Below the pieces are notes generated by a model. That model did not search any database. It was not told where the DNA came from and was given only the letters and a program-made list of their open reading frames with translations. This document shows positions 1 to 13,399 of a stretch of 64,000 bases of DNA, one piece after another. This DNA is from Octopus sinensis. Taxonomy: Eukaryota. How positions within the stretch are numbered: position 1 is the first letter of the stretch; every line of letters starts with the position of its first letter. The DNA is taken from assembly GCF_006345805.1 (NCBI RefSeq), contig NC_042999.1, positions 157,666,001 through 157,730,000 on the forward strand. Reading direction: 5' to 3'. The translations under genes were made by a program, and so were the position numbers.

Positions 1-286
1 ATAAACTAGACGACACAAACGCTCCATTAGGACAAAGATGAATAGCGACGAATAATCTAGATCTTATCTAGACAGAATGCTAATTAGGGAACTGGGTAAG
101 AACTTAGTTAGTCGTTCACATTTTCACTATGGCAGCTACAGCGACCACAAATTTGTGACCTGTGAGCTTGACGTCGATTTTATTATAAACTTTTAATTGA
201 TTTTATATATTTGTGTTTTTAATCCTGGCCCTAGATCATTGTATTGTCCCCTCTATGTTTGGCCCACTGTGGGCAATAAAGAATTA
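1..286 (+). mobile_element. Tx1/L1-like LINE relic: APE endonuclease C-terminus fused to the 3' tail
   Basis: Frame 2 reads SRSYLDRMLIRE...SYSDHKFV (endonuclease D-R and S-D-H motifs). Tail ends hairpin-AATAAAGAA. Confidence 0.7.
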
Positions 287-302
287 AGAATCGTTAGCAC
301 GC

Positions 303-1944
303 CTGTTGGTGTCGGTCGTCTTTTTTACGGATAAATGCAAAACGTTGAACAGAAAAAAAAAGGTTAGTGAAAAATTGAAAATTGTGAAAATTGAGCTTAA
401 TTTGTTATTGTATTGTTGAACACTTGTATTGCTGTTTTATGGATGAATTGTTTTGCGCTGTTCCCCTTTTGTAGAGGGCTGCGTAGCTTCAAGGATGTCC
501 AATTCGAATATCATGCGCTCGTCTGAGTATTACTCCACAGAAGAGGAACTCCTTAGAGCAACTGACAACGAAGACAAAATGAATTTTGCAAAGACAGCTA
601 AAAGTCACCAGAAAAATATTAATTTGAACCAGATTGGAATGTTTAATGAACTATTGAAAAAAGAGGGGAAAAATGTAAATGTGTCCCCGCCCCAATATGT
701 CATGTTAAGTCAAAAGGAGAAACTGTGTTTCGAACGCTCTTGGCGGAGAGTAAAAAAATTGAAATAATGACGTAAAATCAAAAAGAAAAAGCGTTAAAGC
801 CCATATGGGGCGAAATAATGCATATAAATAGAGGCAGGAAGTACGGCACAGTGGAGGTGCGGTTCAGGGATGCAGCAACCACCAGGCTGCACTCTGTAAC
901 CCCGCTGAAGACGAAGGAGGTAGTTCTTTTACCCACATATCTCGGAAGGTGTACTTCTAGGAAGAGGGTGGAAGACATACCCCCAGAGAGAGATGCAGCC
1001 TGGTTAGTTGACGCGATCCTGTTAGGTTTGGAGGAGAAAGTGGTAGTCCTCTAAGCCACGTTCCCGGCCCATCAGAACTGACAGGCGCAAGGGCTGGAGA
1101 TACTGATTCAAGCTACCCCTGAAGACATTGGAAATATGATTGAAACCATCACGGTAGAAGATGTAGTACTGAAGGTTAAAGTGGGGGAAGAATCCCTAGG
1201 TGTTACCAATATGGCCAAAAGAGTCACATTAGGGTTGACTGCCCTTCACCTTCCGCTGACGCCAAAAACAAAAAGGAAACCGCACCTCCGCCCCCTCCAG
1301 AAACCAATATAGAAACAAAATTAAAGGAAGGATGGGAAAAATAGAAAAGAAAAGAGTCCCACCACATGCCCACCCAGCGCCCACCCAAACCCACTTTGCC
1401 ACACCCTTCCGCTCAACCACCGGTCCTTCCCCTACCCCGACCGACATGGAAAAATTTTGCATGCACTCATAGGTGTCTCAAAATTCCCAAATAAAAAAAG
1501 AAAACAAAGTAACAAAATTCATTTTTTTTTAATAAACAATTGTTAACCGAAATCAAGAGTTTGGAAAGTGCGAGATTGGTAAATATTTGGAACCAAATCC
1601 CCACGCATTTGAGATGTGCAATAATCGATACAATAAACAAAAAGAAATTGGAGAATTATGAGGAAGGGAAATACTTCGAAATCAAAATTGGAAAAAATAG
1701 AAATACCGTGCATGATAAGTGCTGAAAAATTTAAATTCAAACTTTAATATTAACGTTGCAGACTTTGTTAAAAAAAGTTATCAAAAGTGAAATGATGGCG
1801 CCCGGAGGTGGGGGCTGAGCGTCGTCATTACATACATCTTTCATTTTTCAATTTCACCCTTTCATCCGTTTCACCTACCCACATGTTTGTATTATCTTGT
1901 ATTGTCCCCTCAGTATTTCGCCCCTTGTGGGTAATAAATAATTC
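303..1944 (+). mobile_element. Tx1-like LINE, internally deleted: decayed ORF1 plus 3' tail, no ORF2
   Basis: Broken ORF1 pieces (453-767, 818-1054 GTVEVRF...LLPTYLGR) and a degenerate CCHC knuckle CYQYGQKSHIRVDCP near 1205-1250. Flanked by 16-bp direct repeats at 287-302 and 1945-1960. Confidence 0.75.
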
Positions 1945-2390
1945 AGAATCATTAGCACGCTGGACCAGATACTTATTTCTTTACTACCCACAAGGGGCTA
2001 AACACAGAGAGAGCAAACAAGGACAGACACACGGATTAAGTCGATTATATCGACCCCAGTGCGTAACTGGTATTTATTTAATCGACCTCGAAAGGATGAA
2101 AGGCAAAGTCGACCTCGGCGGAATTTGAACTCAGAACGTAGAGACAGACGAAATACGGCTACGCATTTCGCCCGGCGTGCTAACGTTTCTGCCAGCTCGC
2201 CGCCTTCCAGATACTACGCAGCATTTCGCTCGTCTTTAGGTTCTGAGTTCAGATTAGGTCAAGGTTGAGTTTTGCCTTTCATTCTAACGGCGTCGATAAA
2301 ATAACTACTAGTTGAGCACTGGAGTCGATGTAACCGAGTTACCCCTGCCCTGAAATTGTTGGCCTTGCGCCAAAACTTGGAAACCAATAT
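1945..2390 (+). mobile_element. Host tRNA-derived SINE (family B', head interrupted by the Tx1 copies, body interrupted by SINE B)
   Basis: AGAATCATTAGCACGCTGGACCAGATACT...GCATTTCG...GTTCTGAGTTC matches copies at 43890 and 57735. Confidence 0.7.
1974..2206 (-). mobile_element. SINE family B (Tx1-like tail)
   Basis: tRNA-like head AAGGCGGCGAGCTGGCAGAAACGTTAGC. 9-bp TSD CCAGATACT at 1965-1973 and 2207-2215. Confidence 0.85.
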
Positions 2391-2447
2391 TTAAGGGAGG
2401 AGAAAATGTGAACTTGGAGTCTTCATGCTTTTCACAACATTGGTATT

Positions 2448-3345
<898 letters not shown>

Positions 3346-3468
3346 AGTCACATCATCGCCTAGTATTTAAATACTTTCAATCAGAAATTAATATCCATGG
3401 TTTCACTTCGCTATTACATTGGCTTATTTCGTTGAAAATATATAAACGGTTAAAAGATTAATGCTTAC

Positions 3469-3579
3469 CGTTATCTGGAATGAATTCAATATTTGAGTAA
3501 AAGTATTGTTAGAGTTAACTTTGCCATCAAAACTGGATGAGATTTCTTGGAGAACTTCATTTTCCAAATGGTTTTGCCA
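3469..3579 (-). CDS. Tetraspanin coding exon 4 (helices of the large extracellular loop before CCG): WQNHLENEVLQEISSSFDGKVNSNNTFTQILNSFQIT
   Basis: 111 nt, acceptor aaatttctacttggtag|, donor ACG|gtaagc. Resembles the TSPAN18-type pre-CCG segment and has an N-N-T sequon. The gene continues left of the window. Confidence 0.88.
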
Positions 3580-3695
3580 CTACCAAGTAGAAATTTTAGA
3601 ATAATATTTGCGATTTAATCTCATATTCGTATATACATTATACACAGATACAGCAGAACACAAACAAAAAATAAATATATATATATATATGCATA

Positions 3696-3794
<99 letters not shown>

Positions 3795-3803
3795 CTATCT
3801 ATC

Positions 3804-3867
<64 letters not shown>

Positions 3868-3921
3868 ATATATGTTATATATATATATGTATGCTTATAT
3901 ATATGCATATATATATATATA

Positions 3922-3977
<56 letters not shown>

Positions 3978-4070
3978 TGTATATACATATATGCCTGTAT
4001 ATACATATATGCCTGTATATATAGACAGATAGATGGATGTATATATATATGTATGCTTATAAATATCTAC

Positions 4071-4116
<46 letters not shown>

Positions 4117-4540
4117 AATTATATATATATATATATATAATATATATATATATATAGATATATATATATATAATATATATATAATATATATATATGCATG
4201 TGTATATGTGTGTATGTGCCTCTGTGTATGTAGTTTTGAATCTCATATTTTTTCTTCCCTCTGTGCATGTACACACACTTTAAGATTTATCTGTAACTTT
4301 AGAAATATCTTTTATGCTTTCATAATAACACCAACGGCGTGAGCGAAGTAGTTCAAGCAAACGCTCTTTTCACACCACACTTCCTCAAGAAAAAAAATCA
4401 CAGACACATAGACAGACACAGACAGACACACACGCACACAGATACACACATAGACACAGACACACATGCACATGCAACTGAGCATAAATCACAAAATATT
4501 TTATTGAAAGTCTATTCCAGGAAACGGAAAAATGCCTTAC

Positions 4541-4615
4541 CTTATCTTTAAACATGAATCCCATTGTGGCAGATGATACTTGCAGTGTGAGGGCTGACGC
4601 GATAATGGCAATGTA
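4541..4615 (-). CDS. Tetraspanin coding exon 3 (TM3): YIAIIASALTLQVSSATMGFMFKDK
   Basis: 75-nt phase 0-0 exon, the usual size for the TM3 exon. Acceptor ttatctttgaaacag|, donor AAG|gtaagg. Polar Q mid-helix, followed by F-x-F-K-D-K. Confidence 0.92.
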
Positions 4616-5619
4616 CTGTTTCAAAGATAAATAAAGCCGCCAGTTATTTCATAACATATTCATCTATTTCTTCATCCGACAAAATAGTGGTGTAATAAAT
4701 TGTAGTTATTTCAGACAAGAGAAAAAATATTTTCTTTCACTTTTTGATATATTCTTTTCACTTATGCACAAGGACAGATTTTCTTCTTTTCTAAGGAGGG
4801 TCTTCAGTTGACCGATTAAACTTACTGTTACATAACTCATTGTTCTCGGAGTGATAGAAAGCCGTATCAACTCCGGTAGTACTTGGAATCAAAACCTAAA
4901 CTTGCGAAAACAAGTATCACATTGCAGTTTCTCCCATAAACATTAATAACGTTTCATGAATTTCGACTAAAATGAAAAAAAGACAAAACAACAATAAAAA
5001 AACCCAAAACAAACAAACCCAAAGCAAAAAATGTCGGTGGATAGGTAGAAGCGCAGGGCTTTAAACCGTCTATTTCCGTTTGCTTTTCTTTCTCAGTTCA
5101 ATTCTTGGAGAGACTTCATATTTTACTGGCTTAGCCAGAGGAGAGAAGTCAGCGCTCATAACACTTTCAGAACCTCCGTGACTTAAGGAAGGACCTGACT
5201 CTAATATTTGCAAGATAATGAACTCTGCTAAAGGCCCTCAGGGGCCAGATGGTGGTGTGATAACGAGCGACGGGTATGTCTACCGCACAACAGAAACGGT
5301 TTCTTCAACGACTTACCACAAAATTTCCATCTACGAAAGTTCTCAAAAACACTTTAATACCCAAAATTATGGCAGACGATGTTTGCACAGAGATGAGAAT
5401 TACGATCGAACCCGAAATTATGTGATTACAAGGCAGGCTTTTTAACCACACAGCCTCATCTGGGACCGATATTATATTGGAGTTAATGCGAAAATTGCCT
5501 TCTTCGTTTACTAAAAAATAGTGCGTTATAGTACTGAAATAGAAGATTGGACAAAAAAATTAAATAGGCAAATGTCAGAAATATATACATGAAACAAGAG
5601 TTGCCAGAAAGAGGACGTA

Positions 5620-6420
5620 TTAGCATTTCTAGTTGAGTAAATAACAAACACAAAGATTAGTGAACCACTACATTGAAAGGAATGAACTACTTAAACAGGC
5701 TGAAATGGACTTATTATTCCGTTGGACTTGAAAGGAAGTAAGCTTACCAAAGCAGGATAATTTGTGAAAGAAATGTAACACTAGAAGAAATGTAGTTACA
5801 TGGACAGTTCCATAGAAACAACAAAATTGTGAGAAATCACGGCTCATAAGATTGGCTCTGAAGTGGAGATTTAAAGAGAAAAACTGAGAGTTTCTTGGTT
5901 GGTCAAGACCAAGCTCGAGACATTAGTTCAGTGAACAAACATATGTATTCCTGCGCTTCAACAAACATTGTACTACCTAACTGATCAGCGAGTGGAAAAA
6001 CATATAGCAGGCTGTAAAATCTTAACTCAGAAAGCGAAGTTCATGATAAAATCTGTCTGTTTACGCTGGTTACTTTGTAAAAAAACTATGGCATGTGGTA
6101 CAACCATGAACCAGAAATGGCTCTAAATGAACCTGGTAAACCAAAAGTACTGTGGGATTTTGACATCCAGACAGACAGAACCTCTGAACACCCTAGATCA
6201 TTTATCATTAAATATGACTTTTAAGTAGAGCTGTAAAGAACAAGAGGATGCTCAGCAGCAAAAGTGAAAGTAGTACCAGTTATCGGAGCGTTTAGTTCAA
6301 TTTTTACGAAACTATTATACTCTCTGGAACGGGTGGGCATTAAAACAGATATCTGAGTACTCCAAAAAATCGTTCCTTGGAACAACTCACATTCTTAGAA
6401 AGGCACTTTCTGTCGAAGCT
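5620..6420 (+). mobile_element. Decayed RLE-type (R4/Dong-like) non-LTR retrotransposon, 3' part
   Basis: Broken frames give HGQF, QDQA, AGC, WYNHEP, VLWDFDIQTD and GTTHILRKAL, the usual motif order in RLE elements. Confidence 0.6.
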
Positions 6421-7569
6421 TTACGTTAAGGTTTGACAGTTAATACGAAGAAAACCAACAAAAACTAGTATTTAATATCCCGACTGGTCAGTGAAATATG
6501 ATAAAGAATATCGAAACAAATGGTTTCTGTAGGTTATTGATCTGCTGAGTGATCACAGTCAACTTCAGTGATTTCCGAGCTATTCCGTATTTTGTCGGGA
6601 TTTTTCGGTTTCATCTACTTTTCCTTTCTCGCATCAGTCAGCTTGGCAAATAATGCTGCATTCATACATCCTACCACATCTAGAGAAATTTATCTACCTC
6701 GCTTCTACCATCTGGATGGTATTTCATACTAACAAAATTCCCACAGAATAAGCATCTGAAAAGAAAAGAAGAGATACTTTCATGCTCTGTGCAGCTTTCT
6801 TTTCAACTTGCAGATGGTTCATCTGTTATTTTTTTTTTTTGCCAAGCGGATTTCTAGCATCTTTGCACAATCCTTATAAAAATTATTCCCCAGAGCATGA
6901 TGATATTACAAGTAATATTTAATTCATAGAAAGTTTGGTTTACAGTTACTCTTTGGTTTACTTCCAGCTGTAAGACCCTTAATGGGGTATTGTCCTTACA
7001 TTTGGAACAGTAATGTACCACTTATACAATGGAAAAGAAAATTTGCTTCATTGACAAGGACTCATCAGTACTGCAAATTCTGACCAACAGCTTGGTGGAT
7101 AAGTCGCCTCTGCCTAGAATTTTATTGCAGTAGTTGACACTAAGCTGTTCAACTATATCGGTACGACTACAAAGATTATGGGCGTTGCTTCTCCTTTTGC
7201 TTAAATTATATAAAAAGGCGACACTCAAGTACACATGTACAAAACGTAAGTGTAAGCAACTGACTCCATCTGAAAATCGAAACGGTGTCATGTGTTGTGA
7301 GACCCAATTGTTACCGATCAAAACTTATCGCCAATTAAAATACTCGTACAAATTTAACTACTAGTTCAATCAGATACGTGAAAAATAGTTCACAATTTTC
7401 AGTTAAGAAAAGTTCAGGTGCAATAGATGATAGACAATACGTTATTTTTGTTATCGCTTTATTAGATTTGTATTGACGAAAATATTGCCAAAAGACAAAG
7501 ATATATCAATGAAATATGTTAATTTTACAAGGTTCTGCAAAACGTAACTTAATACATATGTACATAATT

Positions 7570-7609
<40 letters not shown>

Positions 7610-7649
7610 ATATACATATAAACATATATATATATATCCATATACATAT

Positions 7650-7704
<55 letters not shown>

Positions 7705-7728
7705 TATAAATATACATATGTACATATA

Positions 7729-8600
7729 TACTAAGTAATTAAGGGTTTAGCAACGAATTGCCTCACCAACACACCGAATTTAGAAATAGCAGTCAAAGAG
7801 ATATAGCTATTCCTTCTACTAAAAGGGGGATCTCAGTAAAAATACAGCAATCTCTTTGACTGCTATTTCTAAATTCGGTGGTGTTGTGAGGCAATTCGTT
7901 GCTAAACCCTTAATTACTTAGTATTACTTAAATTTTCCTCGAATGGGGCTTTTACATGCCGAAATCTACTTGGTGTAATTGATAATTATTCCAAATTAAT
8001 TAATTTCACCCTTTATTGTTACTGATAACCATATTTTATCCCAGTAAATGACCGCAGCATTTTGTCTTGGCTACACGCGGGTGGAAGGGGGCTGGTGACA
8101 CAAACTTTCATTCACACTTTGAATTTCGTGGTACTGGTCATGCTTTGGCTCGCTCTGACACTGAGTTGAGATAATGCCTTCTAGTATCTCAAAATTTAAT
8201 ATACAATTATTCATAATTGTAGTATCCTGCGCCGATGAGAAAAGAAGTTTGGGTAACGTAGAATTTTCTAATTCTTATGCTTTCCTAAAACTTGATTTCG
8301 AAACGTACGTCCGTAGGTAACTTAAATTTGTATGATAGATTGCCGTCATTTCATTCTTCTTTTCTTCTTACCTGTCTGTGTTTGCCTTAAGTGCTGTGTT
8401 TTTACTGAGATCCCCCTTTTAGTAGAAGGAATAGCTATATCTCTTTGACTGCTATTTCTAAATTCGGTGTTGGTGAGGCAATTCGTTGCTAAACCCTTAA
8501 TTACTTAGTATTACTTAAATTTTCCTCGAATGGGGCTTTTACATGCCGAAATCTACTTGGTGTAATTGATAATTATTCAAATTAATTAATTTCACCCTTT
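7729..8600 (+). mobile_element. Penelope-like pseudo-LTR complex with direct and inverted repeats and a hammerhead
   Basis: 7850-8015 is repeated at about 8440-8600. 7729-7841 is inverted against about 8400-8512. Hairpin 7729-7924. (TA)n flanks on both sides. Confidence 0.65.
8226..8317 (+). ncRNA. Type I hammerhead ribozyme with U4C core variant
   Basis: Stem I CCTGCG/CGTAGG, core CCGATGA, stem II GAAA/TTTC extended, then GAAA-C-GTAC-G-TC. Confidence 0.7.
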
Positions 8601-8683
8601 ATATGTACATATATATATATATCCATATACATATGAACATATATAATATATATATATATATTATAATAAATATACATATGTAC

Positions 8684-8714
<31 letters not shown>

Positions 8715-9036
8715 CATATATCCATATACATATGAACATATATATATATATATATATATATAAATATACTATGTACATATATAATATATATCCATATACA
8801 TATGAACACACACACATATATATTATAATATATATATAAATAATATACATATGTACTATATATATATATAATACATATATCCATATGCATATGAACATAT
8901 ATATATATATAAATATACATATGTACATAATATATAATATATATTATAATATATATATATATAATATACATATATATATATATAATATATAATAATATAT
9001 TATATATATATATATATATATACATATATTATATAT

Positions 9037-9078
<42 letters not shown>

Positions 9079-9562
9079 GTATATGTATATCTATATACAC
9101 GTCTACATATACGTACATATATGTAATATTCTTGATTTTAATTTGATTTTCTTCCCTGATAAACTGCTTTTGCCAGATGTGTAATGTAGTGTTTCTCTTG
9201 TGAATATTATGTATTATCTATTTCATCAACTAATTATTTATTCAATTTTGTTGACGACATCAAATATTCAGTCAAAAACTGCTACTGATTTTATTTAATT
9301 AACTGAAAAGATTTGTTTCTGGTACCATGTGATACAGAGATAGAGATTTCGTTTGTTCTTATTCACCTTATACACTTTAAATATTGTTATTGTTAGTTTT
9401 CAGTCATAGGTCAGATATTATTGAGAAAACCTATGATCAAAATCATTGTAGTCATGATAGTAGCGCTTGCATTATCTACATTATCTAACGTGTCTTTTCC
9501 TTATTTATGCGTTAAAGTTGCAATATATTGCAGCTCTCCATAGTTTTATATTATTTATACCA

Positions 9563-9700
9563 GTTCGGCAAAAGAGACCGATAGAATAAGTACTGGGCTT
9601 ACAAAAAAAGAATAAGTCCCGGGGTCGAGTTGCTCGATTAAAGGCGGTGCTCCAGCATGGCCGCAGTCAAATGACTGAAACAAGTAAAAGAGTAAAAGAG
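9563..9700 (+). mobile_element. SINE A 3' fragment
   Basis: GGCGGTGCTCCAGCATGGCCGCAGTCAAATGACTGAAACAAGTAAAAGAG tail. Confidence 0.8.
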
Positions 9701-9759
9701 AGAGAGTTATTTGAGAGCGATTTCGTTGATACTGCTGGCATCATTTTATATAATTTATA

Positions 9760-10131
9760 CCAAGCTATGAGTCGCGACCCACAGATGGGTCGCGAACGGA
9801 ATCTTAGTGGGTCGCAAAAAGTTATAAAATTACGCATTAGCTTTGATGAACTGCTGTCTATCGAGATAGTTCAAGACTTATGTTTTCAATACCAGACTTG
9901 TTGTTTTATCAAGCAGTACGCCTGAAACTATCACGCATTGAACCTGATGTTAATTGTATTATTGAGCGTAGCAAGAAACAGGCTCATCCTTCTCACAGGC
10001 CTCACTGAAGATGTAATCTGAAATAAATTTGTTAATTTCATTAATGTTTTTACTCAGTAGAGTTAAGTGGGTCGTCATAAACTGGTGTGATAAATAGTGG
10101 GCCGCGACTCTAAAAAGTTTGGGGACCACTA
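9760..10131. mobile_element. hAT/Charlie-like MITE remnant
   Basis: GGGTCGCG subterminal repeats and an end reading AAAAAGTTTGGGGACCACT. The other end is not seen. Confidence 0.4.
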
Positions 10132-10768
10132 ATTTATACAAACTGTTGAACATTTTAAAAAAGTTTATTTTTTTTCTTTGGAAATTTTTCGATGTTGTTG
10201 CTTAGTTCAGGTTAGGGTTAGAGTTATATCTAGGACAGTGAAGATGAGCTTATGACACGCAATGGATTTCAAAAATAATAAAAAAAAATAACTCACAGTA
10301 AATTCATACCGAAGAAAGCTTAACTATAAAAATTAAACAACAATAGTAAATATTTACTTTACAAACACCATAGTTTCGGCTTCAGACCCAAGTGTCTTCT
10401 CTCATAACCTCGACATATTAAAGCCTTGCCGGTAAAATTTAGTTGATGGAAACTGTATGGAAGCCTGCCAGAGATATTATCCTTGTTTTTTTGTCGCTTG
10501 GCATAAGATCACTATTTGTCTTATGAATGTCTTTAGTGGAGTTTACACTGTTGTAAGCATTCAAATCAAGGCCCTGATATGAGAATAGCTACCTCTCTCC
10601 CTCCCAACTGTCTCGAAGGTTTTGAAAAGGTATAGGGGCATTGCTCTTCCTTCATTGACCAAGTCATAAAAATGACCAAGTCATAAAAATAGTTAGGGTG
10701 TTAGAAACTGGAAAACCGGGCCCATGAGCCTGGCTAGGCTTGAAAAGGGCGCATTTATTTATTTATGA

Positions 10769-11058
10769 GTGGAGGCATAAATAACCTAGTGGTTAGAGAA
10801 GTGGACTCGCGGTCGAGGGATTGTGGGTTCGAATCTCAGACCGGGCGATGTGTGTGTTTATGAGCGAAACACCTAAGCTCCACGCGGCTCCAACAGAAGG
10901 TAATGGCGAACTTCTGCTGATTCTTTCTATCCCTCTTTCCTCCTGCATCTTGCAGCTTACCTGCGACGGACCGGCGTCCCGTCCAGGTGGGGAACCTATA
11001 CGCCAAGGAAACCGGGAAACCGGCCCTTATAAGCCAGGCATGGCTCGAGAAGGAAGGA
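10769..11058 (+). mobile_element. SINE family C-like head with a V-domain-like module (3' module type 3)
   Basis: Family C head, then CCTGCGACGGACCGGCGTCCCGTCCAGG and a GGAAACCGGCCC...GGCTCGAGAAGG tail. Confidence 0.65.
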
Positions 11059-11415
11059 CACTATTAAGTTGCATCCAACTCCAACATTGTCTTTCCGCTC
11101 CGTTTCTCTTGTCATCCAAAGTAGATCAGCCAAGCCTGCCAGCCCTGATCGATAAAACATTTTACTGAAGTCCCGATAATATTGTTCTTGTTTAGTCTGA
11201 CGCTGGTGTGATTGCGTAGAACTAATGTCAAAGGCAATCGACTTCATACAGATTTAAATTTGCAGGAATCGAAACTATCAAATCGATCACAACACTTTTG
11301 AGAAGACTCAGAGTAATAACAGACCCATTACTTGTCTAACTTCTTTTTTTGTCTTATCTATAAAAACCAAAGTGTATGTTAATCAATGCTTCAAGATTGC
11401 AATATATTCCAGAAT

Positions 11416-11796
11416 GGAGTCGCAATGGCCCAGTGGTTAGGGCAGCGGACTCGCGGTCATAGGATCGGGGTTTCGATTCTCAGACCGGGCGTTGTGAGTG
11501 TTTATTGAGCGAAAACACCTAAAGCTCCACGAGGCTCCGGCAGGGGATGGTGGTGATCCCTGCTGTACTCTTTCACCACAACTTTCTCTCACTCTTACTT
11601 CCTGTTACTGTTGTACCTGTATTTCAAGGGGCCGGCCTTGTCACTCTCTGTGTCACGCTGAATATCCCCGAGAACTACGTTAAGGGCACACGTGTCTGTG
11701 GAGTGTTCAGCCACTTACACGTTAATTTCACGAGCAGGCTGTTCCGTTGATCGGATCAACCGGAACCCTCGTCGTCGTAACCGACGGAGTGCTTCC
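11416..11796 (+). mobile_element. SINE family C (3' module type 2)
   Basis: 12-bp TSD ATATTCCAGAAT at 11404-11415 and 11797-11808. Confidence 0.85.
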
Positions 11797-12069
11797 ATAT
11801 TCCAGAATAACGTTGTTTTCGTACAAGTTTTTTTCTTTTAATATATATAGAAGTTTCGATGATGATGATGTTATTTAGTTCTAATTTAGCACTAATCGAC
11901 CTATGATCAAAGACATTCTAGCCGTTGCCAGCCTGTCTATATACATGAAACAGCGATGGCGAGTCTATGAACTCGCTGCAGGAGTGGCATGCGAGCGATT
12001 TTGAAAAAAAAAAACCTCTTCTTGTAACATTATGTTATAAAAACTCATCTATCGGGTGCATCATATATT

Positions 12070-12470
12070 ACTCTTTACTCTCTTACTTGTTTCAGTCATT
12101 TGACTGCGGCCATGCTAGAGCCCCGCCTGTAGTCGAGCAAATCGAACCCAGGACTTATTCTTTGTAAGCCTAGTACTTATTCTATCAGTCTCTTTTGCTG
12201 AACCGCTAAGTTACGGGGACGTAAACACACCACCATCGGTTGTCAAGCGATGTTGGGGGACAAACAGACACACAAACATATACACACACATACATATATG
12301 CATATACATATACACGACGGGCTTCTTTCAGTTTCCGTCTACTAAATCCACTCACAAGGCTTTGGTCGGCCTGAGGCTATAGTAGAAGACACTTGACCAA
12401 GGTGCCACGCAGTTGGAATGAACCCGAAACCATGTGGTTGGTAAGCAAGCTACTTACCACACAGCCACTC
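12070..12470 (-). mobile_element. SINE A
   Basis: Near full-length match to the other family A copies. Confidence 0.85.
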
Positions 12471-12546
12471 GTTTACTTTATCATAGAATAAAAGTTTACA
12501 GGATGATTGTCATATTTATTGACAATATTTTACACACACACACATG

Positions 12547-12604
<58 letters not shown>

Positions 12605-12644
12605 TAGTATATATATATATATATAATATATATATTATATATAT

Positions 12645-12676
<32 letters not shown>

Positions 12677-12689
12677 TATACAGCGATGA

Positions 12690-12885
12690 GTCCACAGAAT
12701 CGTTAGGACGTCGAGCAAAATGCATGGCGGCATTTTGTCCTTTTTGACGTTCTAAGTTCAAATTTCGCCGAGGTCGACTTTGTCTGCGATCCTTTAGCGG
12801 TCGATGAAATGCGTACCAGTTGATCACTAGAGTCGATGTAATTGACTTACTTCTTCCCCTGAAATTTCTGGCTTTTCGCCTATAT
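12690..12885 (+). mobile_element. SINE B' (diverged)
   Basis: CAGAATCGTTAG...GTTCAAATTTCGCCGAGGTCGACTTTG. Confidence 0.7.
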
Positions 12886-13399
12886 TTTACATATACTTAC
12901 AATTCAAAATGGCCACATTTTGTTTTCGCCATACACCTTAATCTTTTCTCGACTGAAGTGCATGACTTATATTTAAATAATGGGTAAATGTATATGCCGC
13001 ATCCAGATTAGGAATTTATGTAAAACTTAAGTCAAATACGTGTAACACTTCAACAACAAGTTTAGTTAAGAAATGAGAATTTAATGTTCTGGAAAAAAAA
13101 GTTTCGCCATCACTGGTTTAGGACTACATAGTTGAATATTTCTTTATTTTCAGATGATAAGATATGATTTGGGGAGATTTTTTTTGCGTTTGAAATAAAG
13201 TTAATTTTAGTAAAAATGTTTTCAAATAATACAAAATTGTGCATAGTAAAACTGGCATTCAATCGTTTTTATGTTTACATTTGAGACGACATTGATATTA
13301 AGTTGTTAGCAATTTTACCATTGTTAAAAAAAATGAAGTTGAACACCATCAAGAATATCACATTTTAACCTCTCTCTCAAGAATAGTAATAGATAATTA

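Noticed and set aside
8031-8070. Minus-strand KTKCCGHLLG as a CCG exon
   Set aside because: It lies upstream of exons 3-4 in transcript order, hits a stop five codons later, and sits inside a Penelope-like repeat.
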